A DNA stretch of 64,000 nt, from the NCBI RefSeq assembly GCF_011386835.1, contig NC_088810.1:7564001-7628000 (forward strand), in the 5' to 3' direction. The position numbers and the translations under genes are program-made. Of this stretch, positions 35,166 through 46,376 are shown piece after piece. The notes under the pieces are model-generated. The model did not search any database. It worked only from the letters and a program-made list of their open reading frames with translations, and had not been told where the DNA came from. The DNA is from Chrysemys picta bellii (lineage: Eukaryota). Each line of letters starts with the position of its first letter. Positions within the stretch are counted from its first letter, which is position 1.

Positions 35166-36206
35166 GTGGGAACAGGGCTGGGTGTATGCACCAGTCAGCA
35201 CATCTCTCCAAGAGTCGTGCCCTCCTGCAGTTAGAAACCGTCAGTCCCTCTGCTCTCCCTAACGGTGGGAAACCCACTTTCCCTCCCAGCTTGTCTCGCT
35301 GCTGAGATGTGGTGGCAAGACATGGAACGATGAGTGGATCGGACCTGATGGTTCTGTTCCCAGAACCCTTGGTAATGCAGCCACTGCCGGGGAGGAATTG
35401 TCCCCTCGAGTCTCTTTCTTCGAGTGGGGGACCCATTCTGTGGGGGATGGAATGACCTCGGCCCACATCCTGACTCCCCAGCCTCAGTCTCCCATCCCCG
35501 TGGTGTTCTTTTGGAGAGGGATGAATGAGCCCCAAAAATGCAGATCCTCACCCCCGGCCTCATGCAGGGCTCTGGGTCCAGTGTCCTGTCCCTCCCGCAC
35601 GGTGGAGACACATCAGTTACTATTTGCATAGTGCTGATAGCGTCGGGGCTGTGAGACAAAGGTGACGGCCCGGGCGCCCGTCCTCCTGGTGCGTGCACAG
35701 ACGGACAGACGGACGTTCATGTGGGAGTGCCACGGGCTGGCTCCCCCATCCTTCCAGAGAGGAGACGGGTTTCAGATGGGGGCCTTTCTCACTGCACGGT
35801 TCATGCTTGGCATCTATGGACCCACCCTGTGCTCTTCTGCCATGATAGCCCTTGGCCCAGGAGTCCGGGCTCCCAGCCCCCTCTGCTCTAACCACTAGAC
35901 CCTACTCCCCTCCCAGAGCTGGGGAGAAAACCCAGGAGTCCTGGCTCCCAGCCCCACCCCAACAGAGGAGCCGAATCCTGCCTGCCCCGTGGTGGTCGGT
36001 TGCCCCATTAGCTGCAGGGAGGTTGGGCCGGGCCGGCTCTGCCCTGGGCGAGGCAGGAGGAAATGGCTGCCCACAGCATCTGCCAGAGCTCGTGCTGCAC
36101 CCAGTGCAGGGCCCCTGATATGGGGCCTTTGTACAACCCTCAGCACCCCGACTTCTGGAAAATCAAACGGAGCAACAAGCTTCTGCCACAACATTTCCAC
36201 AGATTT

Positions 36207-36222
36207 CCCCTAGGGGGCGCTA
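36207..36222 (+). promoter_or_regulatory. CTCF-like motif
   Basis: CCCCTAGGGGGCGCTA versus consensus CCASYAGRKGGCRSY; one core mismatch. Confidence 0.4.
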
Positions 36223-37375
36223 GGTCCTATCCTGCCCCTGGATGGGGACTGGCTGGCTCGGGGGAGTGGGGAATGGGACAAGGGGAGGGGGAATCATGAG
36301 GGGTGGAATGCGGAGCATTTAGCCAGCTGGTACCAGAGGGAGGGGCTAACCCTGAGCGCCCCCTCCTTTCCCCTTGCCTATCCGGACTCCCAGCCCCTCC
36401 GCTGCAACCCACTAGGCCACACTCCCAGTAGAACCCAGCAGTCCTGACTACCGGGCTCTCATGTCTCTCCCTGCCTTCGCCATGACCCGGGGGCCTGGGG
36501 CGGGCACCCAGCACCCAGCTGCTCGCGGGAGGCAAGGCAGCCCTGCAGGGGGACGTAGTGGGGGCTACATGTATGGACCCCAATACTGAGCTCGCCATGG
36601 TCTCCCTTCCCTTGCCCAGTTCCAAGAAACAGAGCCTCCCTCCCTGCCCCAAGACCCAGAGAACCGGTTCCACCTCACGCAGGGCGGTGACCTCATTGGC
36701 ACGGCCACGGGCGCCCCAGCACCTCACGTTGGACGCCCACCCGGCTGGGGTTATGTTCCGTCAATGGGATTTTTTGTTAATGACACCGGGGTTTATTATT
36801 TCTTTACGAGCCGGCTGGGGAAAATCTCATAACATTGCACAAAGGTCATAAAATTCCTCGTGAACAAAGGGCCCCATTGGGTGAGGTTTCTCTCCACCAT
36901 CTCGGGAGGCAGATAGGCTGTGTCACTGGTGGGGCTGGGCCCCGTCTCCCTTGAAAGGGCCCCCTCCACCCCATGAGAAGCCCAAAGACTCCAGTTGGAC
37001 TAGACTAACCTTGTGCCCCAGGGAGAGATGGGGAGAGACCGAGACCAAGGACCCTGAACAGAGGGCATCTCTGGGGCCACTCGTAACGTTCCATGGGCGA
37101 AGCCCTCAGCTGTTGTGCTAAACACAGCCAAGTGGCTGGGACACGAGGCAGATCTTGCTCATCAGCCTCGAGATGCCTCCACCTTCCTTGTGTGCGCTCT
37201 GCTGGCGTGCTGCAGCTACACGGGGTGGACTCCTTTCTGCAGTCAGGGCTGTCCAGTGACAGGTCCCATCAGCCGGGGGAGCAGAGAAGCTGGTCTCCTG
37301 GAAGGACAGGAGAAGTCACACCACCCTCCCTGGCTGTGGTCCATTGCTCATTGCAGGAAGCTGGGCTGAGTTTCT

Positions 37376-38637
37376 AAATCTCCTGCCTCCAGCCCACCCC
37401 AATATGGGTGAGCCGACCGTGGAGATCAGCCAGGTCTTGGAGCACCATGGATAGGGCCGGCTCCAGGGTTTTGGCCGCCCCAAGCAGCCCCAAAAAACCC
37501 AAAAACAAAAACACAAAAAGCTGCGATCGCGATCTGCGGCGGCAATTCGGCGGGAGGTCCTTCGCTCCGAGCGGGAGTGAGGGACCGTCCGCCGAATTGC
37601 CGTCGAATAGCTGGACGTGCCACCCCTCTCCGGAGTGGTCGCCCCAAGCACCTGCTTGCCAGGCTGGTGCCTGGAGCTGGCCCTGACCATGGAGAGACCC
37701 CGTCTTGTTGATGAACTCCATGGCCTGGCGTGGAGAGCAAAGTACAAGCAGATGAGTCCCATCAATGCCCCCATTTCGGGAACCCTCAACGTGCCCCTCC
37801 ACCAACAACCTCCTGAGCATCACCCTCCTGGTAGCAGCACACACCTCCATGACAACCGCCCCAGGTTTATCTACCAACCCCAAATGAGCGAGATCCTGAC
37901 CAGCAGCAATTGTGGGTGACGAATTTCCAGATGGCGACAGCCGCGCGCTTCTCCGTGCTGAGGGGAGCTCTCATATTGCTATTCCACCCCTGCAGCTCCG
38001 AGGTGAGCTCTGCGCAGATCTCTAGGGGCCTGGCCTGTCGCCCTGAAGTGCTGCCACCACACTGCTGCTCACCCCAGGATGGGTGGCCCTGTCCCACCGG
38101 TCGGCGCTAGTTGACTGAGCCCAGAAGTGGTGCCCCACCAAGTGAAGTCGCTCCCGGGAGTCCCTGGACACAACTAGCTCCTTGATTTTCCTCTCCTATC
38201 CGTATCATTGTGGCTGTCTCCAGCGCCCTCCGGCTCTGTGATGGGCAATACGCGTGCATCTGCCTGTTTGTATTACCACCAGGTTCCTGGTGCCCAGCAC
38301 GCTGCCCCATAGCCAGAGGTTTGGAAGTGGGGATGGCTTGCCAAAGCCAAGCCAGAGGACCCATCGGTCCCAGAATTCCAGGGGCATCCCACAACACGCG
38401 AAATCCCAGGAGGCATAGAGGCGAATGGTGGGAGGTTGCAGCAAGAGACGCTCTCCTGGAAGGCTGTGTGGTTATTTGGTAAGTGCGTGTCCTGCGGGGC
38501 TGTGTGGATGCAATGATTCAAAAGGGAAGTTGCTTAAGCTGGTGCAAGCCAGTGTTCACACGTTAGCTTTGGGAGAGTTATCCCTGATTAAAGCGGAAAC
38601 ACCAAACCTGAAATAACTTGCAAGTGTAGACAAACCC
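37376..38637 (-). mobile_element. Decayed PIF/Harbinger transposon with transposase remnant
   Basis: Peptides LEICAEL...NMRAPLSTEKRAAVAIWK, GAVVMEVC, GGIDGTH and SMVLQDLADLHGRLTHIGVGW (HARBI1-type DDE). TIR GTGTAGACAAACCC ends at 38637. Confidence 0.85.
37452..37685. mobile_element. hAT MITE inserted in the Harbinger ORF
   Basis: TIRs TAGGGCCGGCTCC / GGAGCTGGCCCTG; perfect TSD ACCATGGA. Confidence 0.9.
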
Positions 38638-38741
38638 TCATTTGGGAATATTCCTTCCCAGCCTTCAGTTCAGGGCTGGCAGGAACCATAACACGTCCTA
38701 GACCTGGTGGAGGTGGAACTGTGGTCCCCACCCCATCCATC

Positions 38742-39701
38742 TCACTGCACCATCTGCGAATCCTCTGTGGCTACGTTCTCCGTAGCCTCCAGCCAGACCC
38801 CAGGGCAGAGCCGGCCGAGCTGAAGCTTCTCCCAGGCGGCCTGCAGACACTCCAGGCATATCTTCTGGAAAGACGAGGAGGAGAAGTAGAAGATGATGGG
38901 GTCTAAGCTGGCATTGAAAGTGCTGAGGAGCAGGACGTAGACTCTCCACTCTGGGCTCTTATTCTCCATGTAGCCCACCACGTGGGAGATGTTGAAGGGG
39001 GTGAAGCAGACCAGGAAGAGGAGAAATGTAGCTGCCACCAGCCCGATGGCCCGGCGCTTCCTCCTGGGGTTCACCAGTGGCAGGGAGCGTATGATGGTGA
39101 TGAATCTAGCGTAGCAGAAGGTGGTGATGCCCAGCGGAAGGCAGAAGAGGACCAAGAACATCTCCAGGCGGACGGGCAGCAGGACCGCCAGCTGGTGGTC
39201 GGTGAAGGTGGCGTAGCAGCGGGTGAGGTTGCCCGCTGTGTCATTGCCCCTGGCCTGGTACTGGACCACGTAGATAACGCTGCAGTGGGAGAAAGCAGCC
39301 ACCCAGAACAAGGCCACAGCCACCACGGCGTAGGACAGCCGGCGCCCCGCCTTGTAGCGGAGGGGGAAGGCCACACTGAAGTAACGGTCAACGCTGACGC
39401 CAGTGAGCGAGAGGGTGGTAAGGTAGATGCTGCTGAAGAAGAGGAGGCCGGAGAGGGGGCAGAGGAAATCTGGCATCTTCCAGTTCATCTCCCAGGAGGC
39501 CTCGGCAATGCGGATGGGCAGGAAGGCCAGCAGCACCAGGTCGGACACCGTCAGGTTAAGGAGCAGGACGTCGGATGGCAGCAGGCGCCGGCGGGCCTTC
39601 ACCACGAAGACGCAGAAGGCCAGCAAGTTGAGGGGCAGGCCTGTCACAAAGGTCACCATGTAGACGACCAGGGAGAGCTGGGGGCTGCTGATGAAAGGCA
39701 T
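38742..39701 (-). CDS. FFAR3: Free fatty acid receptor 3-like GPCR (319 aa)
   Basis: GLPLNLL, LPIR (R2.60), CPLSG, PVRLEM (M5.42), SHVVGY, WRVYVLLLST; Kozak CCCACCATG. Lies between FFAR1 and FFAR2 as in mammals. Confidence 0.85.
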   Translation of the reverse strand: MPFISSPQLSLVVYMVTFVTGLPLNLLAFCVFVVKARRRLLPSDVLLLNLTVSDLVLLAFLPIRIAEASWEMNWKMPDFLCPLSGLLFFSSIYLTTLSLTGVSVDRYFSVAFPLRYKAGRRLSYAVVAVALFWVAAFSHCSVIYVVQYQARGNDTAGNLTRCYATFTDHQLAVLLPVRLEMFLVLFCLPLGITTFCYARFITIIRSLPLVNPRRKRRAIGLVAATFLLFLVCFTPFNISHVVGYMENKSPEWRVYVLLLSTFNASLDPIIFYFSSSSFQKICLECLQAAWEKLQLGRLCPGVWLEATENVATEDSQMVQ

Positions 39702-39922
39702 GGTGGGAAGAAGGGGGTGGCAGGGGCTGGGTTGACAATAGCAACCAGGGATCCACTAGGCCTTGGGATGGGAATGGAGATGGAGATGGGTTACCAATAG
39801 CAACGGGGGACCCACCAGGCCTTGGGTAGGGCTGGAGGCGGGGTTCCCGCAAGGCTCATTCACTGCAGAGAAAGGAGAGACAGGTGGGGTTAGCGAGCCC
39901 CCTTCGAGATCAGTCCTTAGAC

Positions 39923-40145
39923 CAGTGGTTCTCAAACATTTTTACTGGTGATCACTTTCACATAGCAAGCGTCTGAGTGTGACCCCCCCCCCTTACAAAT
40001 TAATAGCACTTTTTATATATTTAACACCTTTGTAAATGCTGGAGGCAAAGCGGGGTTTGGGGTGGAGGTTGACAGCTCGCGACCCCCCATGTAATAACCT
40101 CGTGGTCCCCTGAGGGGTCCCGACCCCCAGTTTGAGACCCCCCTG
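39923..40145. mobile_element. hAT (Charlie-like) MITE
   Basis: TIRs CAGTGGTTCTCAAA / TTTGAGACCCCCCTG; TSD not intact. Confidence 0.7.
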
Positions 40146-40989
40146 GACAAACTCCCTGGAGCCGGGGAGCAGCTCTTGGCTCTGTCTGTGCAGCGCCTGG
40201 TGCAGCAGGGTCCCGGGGCACCTGGGTGATACTGTAACGCATCTAAATAGCACTAATAACGTACAGCACCTGGCGTATGGGGGGTCCTGGGCCAGGGCTG
40301 GCGGCCCCTCGATCCTGACCACAGTACAGATATTACTCATCATTCCATTTGGTAGGAAACTTTCAAAAGCACTGACCCCGCCCCCTTCCACTCAGAACTT
40401 TGTTTTCTGAGTGACTGTTTTGAAAGTTTTTTCCAAGAATTTGGAGCAAAAAACCCCAAACCGCCCTCACACTTTGTCTCAGTCTCTGCCCCCTCCCTTT
40501 CTTTTTTATTCCCCCACCTCAAAAAAGAGAGTGGAAAAATTACAACAGTGAGTGAAAGTGGGGAAATAAGAACACTTTCACTCTCCCGCCCCCTTTTATC
40601 TCACTGGGGAGAAAATTGCAGATTCATGGATTCCAAGGCCCAAAGGGACCATTACGGTCATCCAGTCCCACTCTGAGCAGCGCCCAATCCAGGACCCCAC
40701 GCTGGGGGTCCGGCCATCAGTCACGGATCACTCTCTCTCTAAGGCAGCGAGCCCCTGGGCCCAGGGCCCCACGGCGCCTCAGCCCATCTTGACCCCGCCT
40801 TTCATCTCCACTCCAGCACTCTAAGATGTTTACATTGTTCCCGGCCTGGAGCGAAACTGTTAGTGTTCCCCAAGAACTGCTATAAATCCTCCCGGCCAAC
40901 AGCTTGACGTCTCTCCCCACCGCGTTATGGCAGGAACGCCGAGTGTTCCACCTTCCTACGTCTCACCTCTAGGGAGCTCTGGTTACTCA

Positions 40990-41280
40990 GGACCCCTGGG
41001 GTCTATCCCCAGCTCTCTGAGGGCAATGGAGTCTAGTGGTTAGAGCAAGGAGGCTGGGAACCAGGACTCCTGGGTTCTTTCCCCAACGCTGGGAGAAGAG
41101 GGGTTTAGTGGTTAAAGCAGAGGGCTGGGAACCAGGACTCCTGGGTTCTTTCCCCAACGCTGGGAGAAGAGGGGTTTAGTGGTTAAAGCAGAGGGCTGGG
41201 AACCAGGACTCCTGGGTTCTCTCCCCAGCTTTGGGGGGGACGGGTCTAGTGGTTAGAGCAGGGGAGGCTGGGAGCCAGGA
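40990..41280 (+). repeat. Tandem tRNA/MIR-head-derived units (representative of dozens in the window)
   Basis: ~70-75 bp units with A-box-like GTCTAGTGGTTAGAGC and B-box-like CCTGGGTTCTWTCCC. Confidence 0.7.
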
Positions 41281-43405
41281 CTCCACGACAGCCACACCTG
41301 TGCCCGGGTTAATGGCCCTGCCAGACAAAGAGCAATGGGCAGATGCTCCCAGCATTCTGTGTGGGCCAAGTGAGCACCATACTCCTGGGGCGGTGGCCGG
41401 GGAGCCAGCCTGTCCCCCACCCTGGGGCCAGATCGGAGCTGGTGCCTCCTAGAGCGGGAAAGGCCCCGTGTCCCATTCCCACCCATCTCTGCTCTGGTAA
41501 ATCAGGGAGAGATATAGATAGGGTGTATGGGGATGGATAGGTAGAGGGGATGTATGGGACTAGATGGATGGATGGGGGTGGGTGTTTGGGGACAGACAGA
41601 CAGATAGATAACCTCAGTGCAGTTCCTTACCCCATGTCCAGCTCTGATTCTCTACTGGACCAGATCTCGGAGCACAGTGGATCTCTCCTCTTGCCCTGGC
41701 TGGGTAACTCAGCCTCCTGTCCGGGGCAGGGTTGATGTGACAGCTGATAAGGAAAACACTTTGGAGCCCAAAATAAACCTAGGTGTGGGTGTTTCAAGCA
41801 GCATTGGTGGGGCAGGAAGAGGTGACCTGAGCACCAAAATAGACACCCTGTTTTCTGTAGCTGCCGCTGACATCTGCACTGGGAAACTCCCCGGCTCCCT
41901 GAGAGGGGAGAATTTGTCTGTTCAACCACTAGACCCCACTCCCCTCCCAGAACTGAGGATAGGACCCAGGAGACCAGACATGCAGCCCCCACTGCTCTAA
42001 TCCCTAGACCCCCCTCTTCTGCCAGTGTCAGCCTCCCTGCTCTAACCACTAGACCTCACTCACCTACCAGAGTTGGAGCTAGAACCCAGGAGTCCTGCCG
42101 CCCAGTCCCCGCTCCTTTCTAACAAAAGGCACTTCCCCTGAGCTATAGGAACCGAAGTCAGGTCTCCTTTTCCTGGTTCCTTTTCCTACTCACTGGAGCA
42201 GTGTCTTGCACCCTCAGCTGTCCTGATCTGGATCAGCCCCTAGACCAGTATCCCTGCCTGGCCAGCCAATGGGCACAGGACGGACGGCTGGGAGCCAAGC
42301 TCTGGACTCTGCATGGACCCCCTCCCCGACCAGAACTGGGGCCTACTGCCAGGCACTACACAGACACCCAGCAAGCATCTAAGAGATGAGCACCCCAAAC
42401 TTGGAAGGCTTAGAGGTGGTGGGGTATGGGGCACAGGGCCTTTCCCTTCCAGGGGGTGCTGCCTCCCATCCGGCCCCATGCCCGGTGGACTGGCAGGTTT
42501 GCGGGGGCAGGCAATGGGGCACGGGGCCTTTCCCCTTTAGGGGGTGTCAGCTCCGATCTGGCCCCAGGGCCGGGAACTGGCAGGTTTTTTGAGGGGGGGG
42601 GGGGCAGGGAATGGTGCATGGGGCCTTTCCCCTCTAGTTTTCCTCTAGTGGCTCACAGACCAACTCTCCCTCCCCCTGCCAGTGTCCCGGGTCACAAAGC
42701 ATCGCTGGGCCCTCGGAAACCGCCCTCCGCGCTTGCTGGCTGAACTGGAGAGACAGCAACGGGTGAGGCGCTAGGCAAGACCTGAGCAACCAGGGCAGAG
42801 TTGGGGTTACTGGCCCCGGAGTCCCCAGTGCAGGGCTCCCCTCCCCAGACACCTATCCCCCTTCCCTCCTCCCCAAACTCTGACCCCTTGTCAACTGCAG
42901 CTGGCTACAAAGCTTAGGCAAAGAGGGAAATTGTGGGTGGGGCAAGCCGGTAGTTACAGGGGAGCTGCGACAGTTTCAAGGAGCCCAGAGCCCTGAGCTC
43001 CCTTGACAGTTTCTAGAGACCCTAGAGATAACCAATGTTTGTAGGGAGCCTGGAGCCTAGAACCGATAGTTTTGAGGGAGTCCCGAGCCCTCCGTGATTG
43101 TGCTGAGGGAGCCCAATCATCCCTGTGGTGATTTCAGGGAAGCCCAGGGCTCAACCACGTAATTTCTAGAAACCCAGCCCTGCTTCCCCTCCTAGAGTTC
43201 CTAAGAACCCCAGTTCCTGCTCTGGACAGTTTCTAGGTACCCAACCACCCCTCCACGGGCCCGCAGCAATTTCCAGCCGCGCCTCCAAACCACAGGGACG
43301 CCTGGCGGTTTTAAGCAACTTCTGCTTTTGCAGAGCCCTAAAGTGGAACCAAAGGGGGGGGGGAGGGAGGAGAATGAAGGGGGGGTGGATTGGTCCAGAT
43401 CTTCC

Positions 43406-44499
43406 TGTGACGCTCTGTAGCTCGTGGGAACACCCTACACCCCCATGTTCATCTTTATAAAATGATTGTGTGGTATCCAATGCAACGTTTGTCATGTCGG
43501 ATTTCTTCAGAAGGCTCATGACGCACTGAGCATTGTTGTTCTAGTGATGTTATAGGAATTGTTGTTACAGTAATGTTATAGTGGTGTTATAGGTTATAAT
43601 TTAATGTATATAGTTATGAGGCTGAAAATGTATCCTTGTAATTTAAAACAAGGCAAAAACTCTTCAAAAGCAGAGAGGCAGTTCACACCTCATCAGGGCA
43701 GGCATGGGACAAACCCAGCCCAGCCTCACAGGAACAAAGAACACTGGCTAGACAGTGACAAAAGAATCAGTTAGACCCTCGAGGGAGTCACCCCCTTCCT
43801 TTGGTCAGTTTGGGGCTGCGATGGGGTAATGCTCACCTGACTCTGAAGGGAGTGGGGCAAAGCCAAGAGGGAAGAAAGGACATGATAAAAGGGAGAGACA
43901 TTTTGCCATCCTCTCTCTCTTCCACCTCCATCTACAGACACCACCACCATCAAGCGACTGAAGCGCTGATCAAAGGGGAGAGCCTGGCTGAAGAGCAACC
44001 AGCCAGCCTGTGGTGAGAAGCATCTAAGGTTGTAAGGGCATTGAAAGTGTTAAGATCAGCTTAGAATGCGTTTTGCTTTTATTTCATTTGACCAAATCTG
44101 ACTTGTGCTTTGACTTATAATCACTTAAATCTACTTGTTTGTTCTACCTGGAGCCGTGCGTTTGGTTTGAAGCGTGTCAGAGACTCCCCTTGGGATCACA
44201 AGCCTGGGACATATCAATTTATTTGTTACATTGGCGAACTCATATAAGCTTGCAGCGTCCAGCGGGCATAACTGGGCACTGCAAGATGGAGGTTCCTAGG
44301 GTTGTGTCTGGGACCGGAGATATTGGCTAGTGTCATTCGGTGGCACAATCCAAGGAGCAGCTGACATGCCAGAGGCTGTGCGTGACCAGCCCAGGAGTGG
44401 GGGTTCTCACAGCAGAGCACGGTAAGGCTGGCGCCCAGAGTCAAGGATGGGAGTGACCTAGCAGATCACCAGTCCAGATAACACCAGGGGAACGTCACA
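43406..44499. mobile_element. Solo LTR
   Basis: TGTGACG...CGTCACA termini; layout similar to 23990..25087. TSD not clean. Confidence 0.75.
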
Positions 44500-44591
44500 C
44501 CATCCCCTCCCAGCAAGCTGCAAAACTGCTGAGCTCTGCACAGCGGGAATGTGGTCTAGGCCAAGGGGTTGGGCAATACAGTTCTCATCTG

Positions 44592-44605
44592 CTGCCACCT
44601 AGTGG
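44592..44605 (-). promoter_or_regulatory. CTCF consensus site between FFAR1 and FFAR3
   Basis: Minus strand reads CCACTAGGTGGCAG, a full match to the CTCF core. Confidence 0.6.
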
Positions 44606-44859
44606 GCAGAGGGGAGACTGGCAGGTGTCTGGTCATTGATTCTCGCCTGCCAGGGCGTGTTGGACGGGCAGCGCTGAACCCAGGCCGAGGGGCAGCTGGG
44701 CCAGGCTCAGAGACCGAACGGGGCAATCGGAACTAGGAAGGGAGAGGCTGCATCGGCTGCACCTCCCGCTGGGCCCTTCTCCCCATTTAGACAGAGGGAA
44801 CCTGAGGCACAGAGCGAGGCAGGGACTTGCCCAGGGTCACACTGGCAGCTGAGAATAGG

Positions 44860-45100
44860 ACCCAGGAGTCGTGGCTCCCAGGCCCTCCGCTCTAACCACT
44901 AGGCCCCACTCCCCTCTTATAGCTGGAAATAGAACCCTGGAGTCTTGGCTCCCAGCCCCCCTGCTCTAACCACTAGGCCCCACTCCCCTCTTATAGCTGG
45001 AAATAGAACCCAGGTGTCCCAGCTCCCCCACTCTAACCACTAGACCCCACTCCCCTCCCAGATCTGGGAATAGAACCCAGGAGTCCTGGCTCCCAGCCCC
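44860..45100 (-). repeat. Tandem tRNA/MIR-head-derived units
   Basis: Three to four ~70 bp units, AGAACCCAGGAGTCCTGGCTCCCAG...CTCTAACCACTAG. Confidence 0.7.
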
Positions 45101-45211
45101 TGCACTGTGCTGTGAGTGCAGCACACCCATTTCAGCGGGGGCCTGGTCTCAGTCGAATGATAACTACAATAACGATATTAATAATAACGACCCCACTGGA
45201 GCTGGGAAAAC

Positions 45212-45217
45212 TTTATT
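45212..45217 (-). terminator. Candidate FFAR1 poly(A) signal AATAAA
   Basis: First TTTATT I found on the + strand downstream of the FFAR1 stop; implies a ~1.2 kb 3'UTR. Confidence 0.5.
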
Positions 45218-46376
45218 GATTAAATCAGCACGGATCCGTTAGTGGAATGCAATTTACAGCCAGTGGGCAAAAGAGTCAGCGCTAGGGTGGAGTGGTGAGA
45301 CCCCTGGGTGATCCCGATTGGCCCCAGCTGGGATCCGGCCCCATTGCCTCTGTTCCTACTAACTCATTGCTCAGTCCTGGGACATTCTTGCAGGAGCTGG
45401 GATTTCATTGACAGGAGATTTAGGATTCCCGCTGATTGTGGTTTGGAATATTTCTACGTCCAAGTTACACAGACCTCCCAGTTACCTCGGACATATCTCT
45501 AGCACCTTCCATACACAATGGGTAGGAATCATGGCCTCAGTGCCAAAATGCAGCCACCTCTGGGGCGGGGCAGCTGGGGAGCAGCCACACGGGGATGGCT
45601 CACCTGGTGCTGAGATGCAGCCACCTCTGGGTCAGGGCAGCTGGGGAATAACTGCACAGTGACACCTCATAGGCTGGCTCACCCAATGCAGACCTACAGG
45701 ACGGAGTTTAGTCTATTCCCCCAGTAGCAGAGTAAGCCGTACAGTCTATTTCGCCCTAGGGGGGCGAGGGGGTCTGGATCATCTTCTATATCCAATTCTC
45801 CCAAGGCAGGATCCGTCCCATGGGGGTACAAAATGAGCACAAGAAATCTGGACCCTGCCATCACACCCCGCCTGGCATCTCCTCACCCCCCATCCCAGCC
45901 CAGTCAGGGATGTCCCCATCCTAAGGGGTCTTTCAAGACCACCAATGGTCAAGGTCATGACCATGCACTCATGTCTCAGTGGAAAACTGCTACCTCACCC
46001 CCTAGTCCTGTCAAAACCAGACACCTCCTTGTCCTAAGGGGGATATGTACTGACCCATGGATAGGCCAGGTTCTTGGACTCACGTGCCATCCAAGGTCGG
46101 AGACTACTAGTCCCATGGGGATTCTGTAAAGACCATGAATTTCCCGGTCCTTTGTCTTATGTCCTATCCAAGATCGAAGGTTCCGGGTGCCGTGGAGAAT
46201 CTGTAATGGTCATGAATTTCCCGGTCCTTGGTCCTGCGTCCTATCCAAGATTGGAGGCTCCCAGCCCCATGGGGAATTTTTAAGGTTCATGAGCAGCCGG
46301 GTCCCACAGCCCATCCAAGATTGCCAATCTCCCCGAATCCTGTCCCAACAGCGTTTGGTGTCTCCTTGTCTCATGG

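Larger units (their letters stand above)
25850..35920. repeat. Three tandem units (25850..30950, 30951..33955, 33956..35920)
   Basis: Each unit starts near GGAGAAGTTAATAAGCC, carries a CR1 with the same 5' truncation point and flanks, and ends with the octamer module. Units 2 and 3 have internal deletions. Confidence 0.85.

Noticed and set aside
40880-40970. TATAAA and a donor-like site as the FFAR3 promoter or exon 1
   Set aside because: The TATAAA is on the wrong strand and there is no paralog conservation to support the donor.
40990-41280. tRNA-like A/B boxes as tRNA genes
   Set aside because: No cloverleaf or acceptor stem; tandem degenerate SINE-head units.
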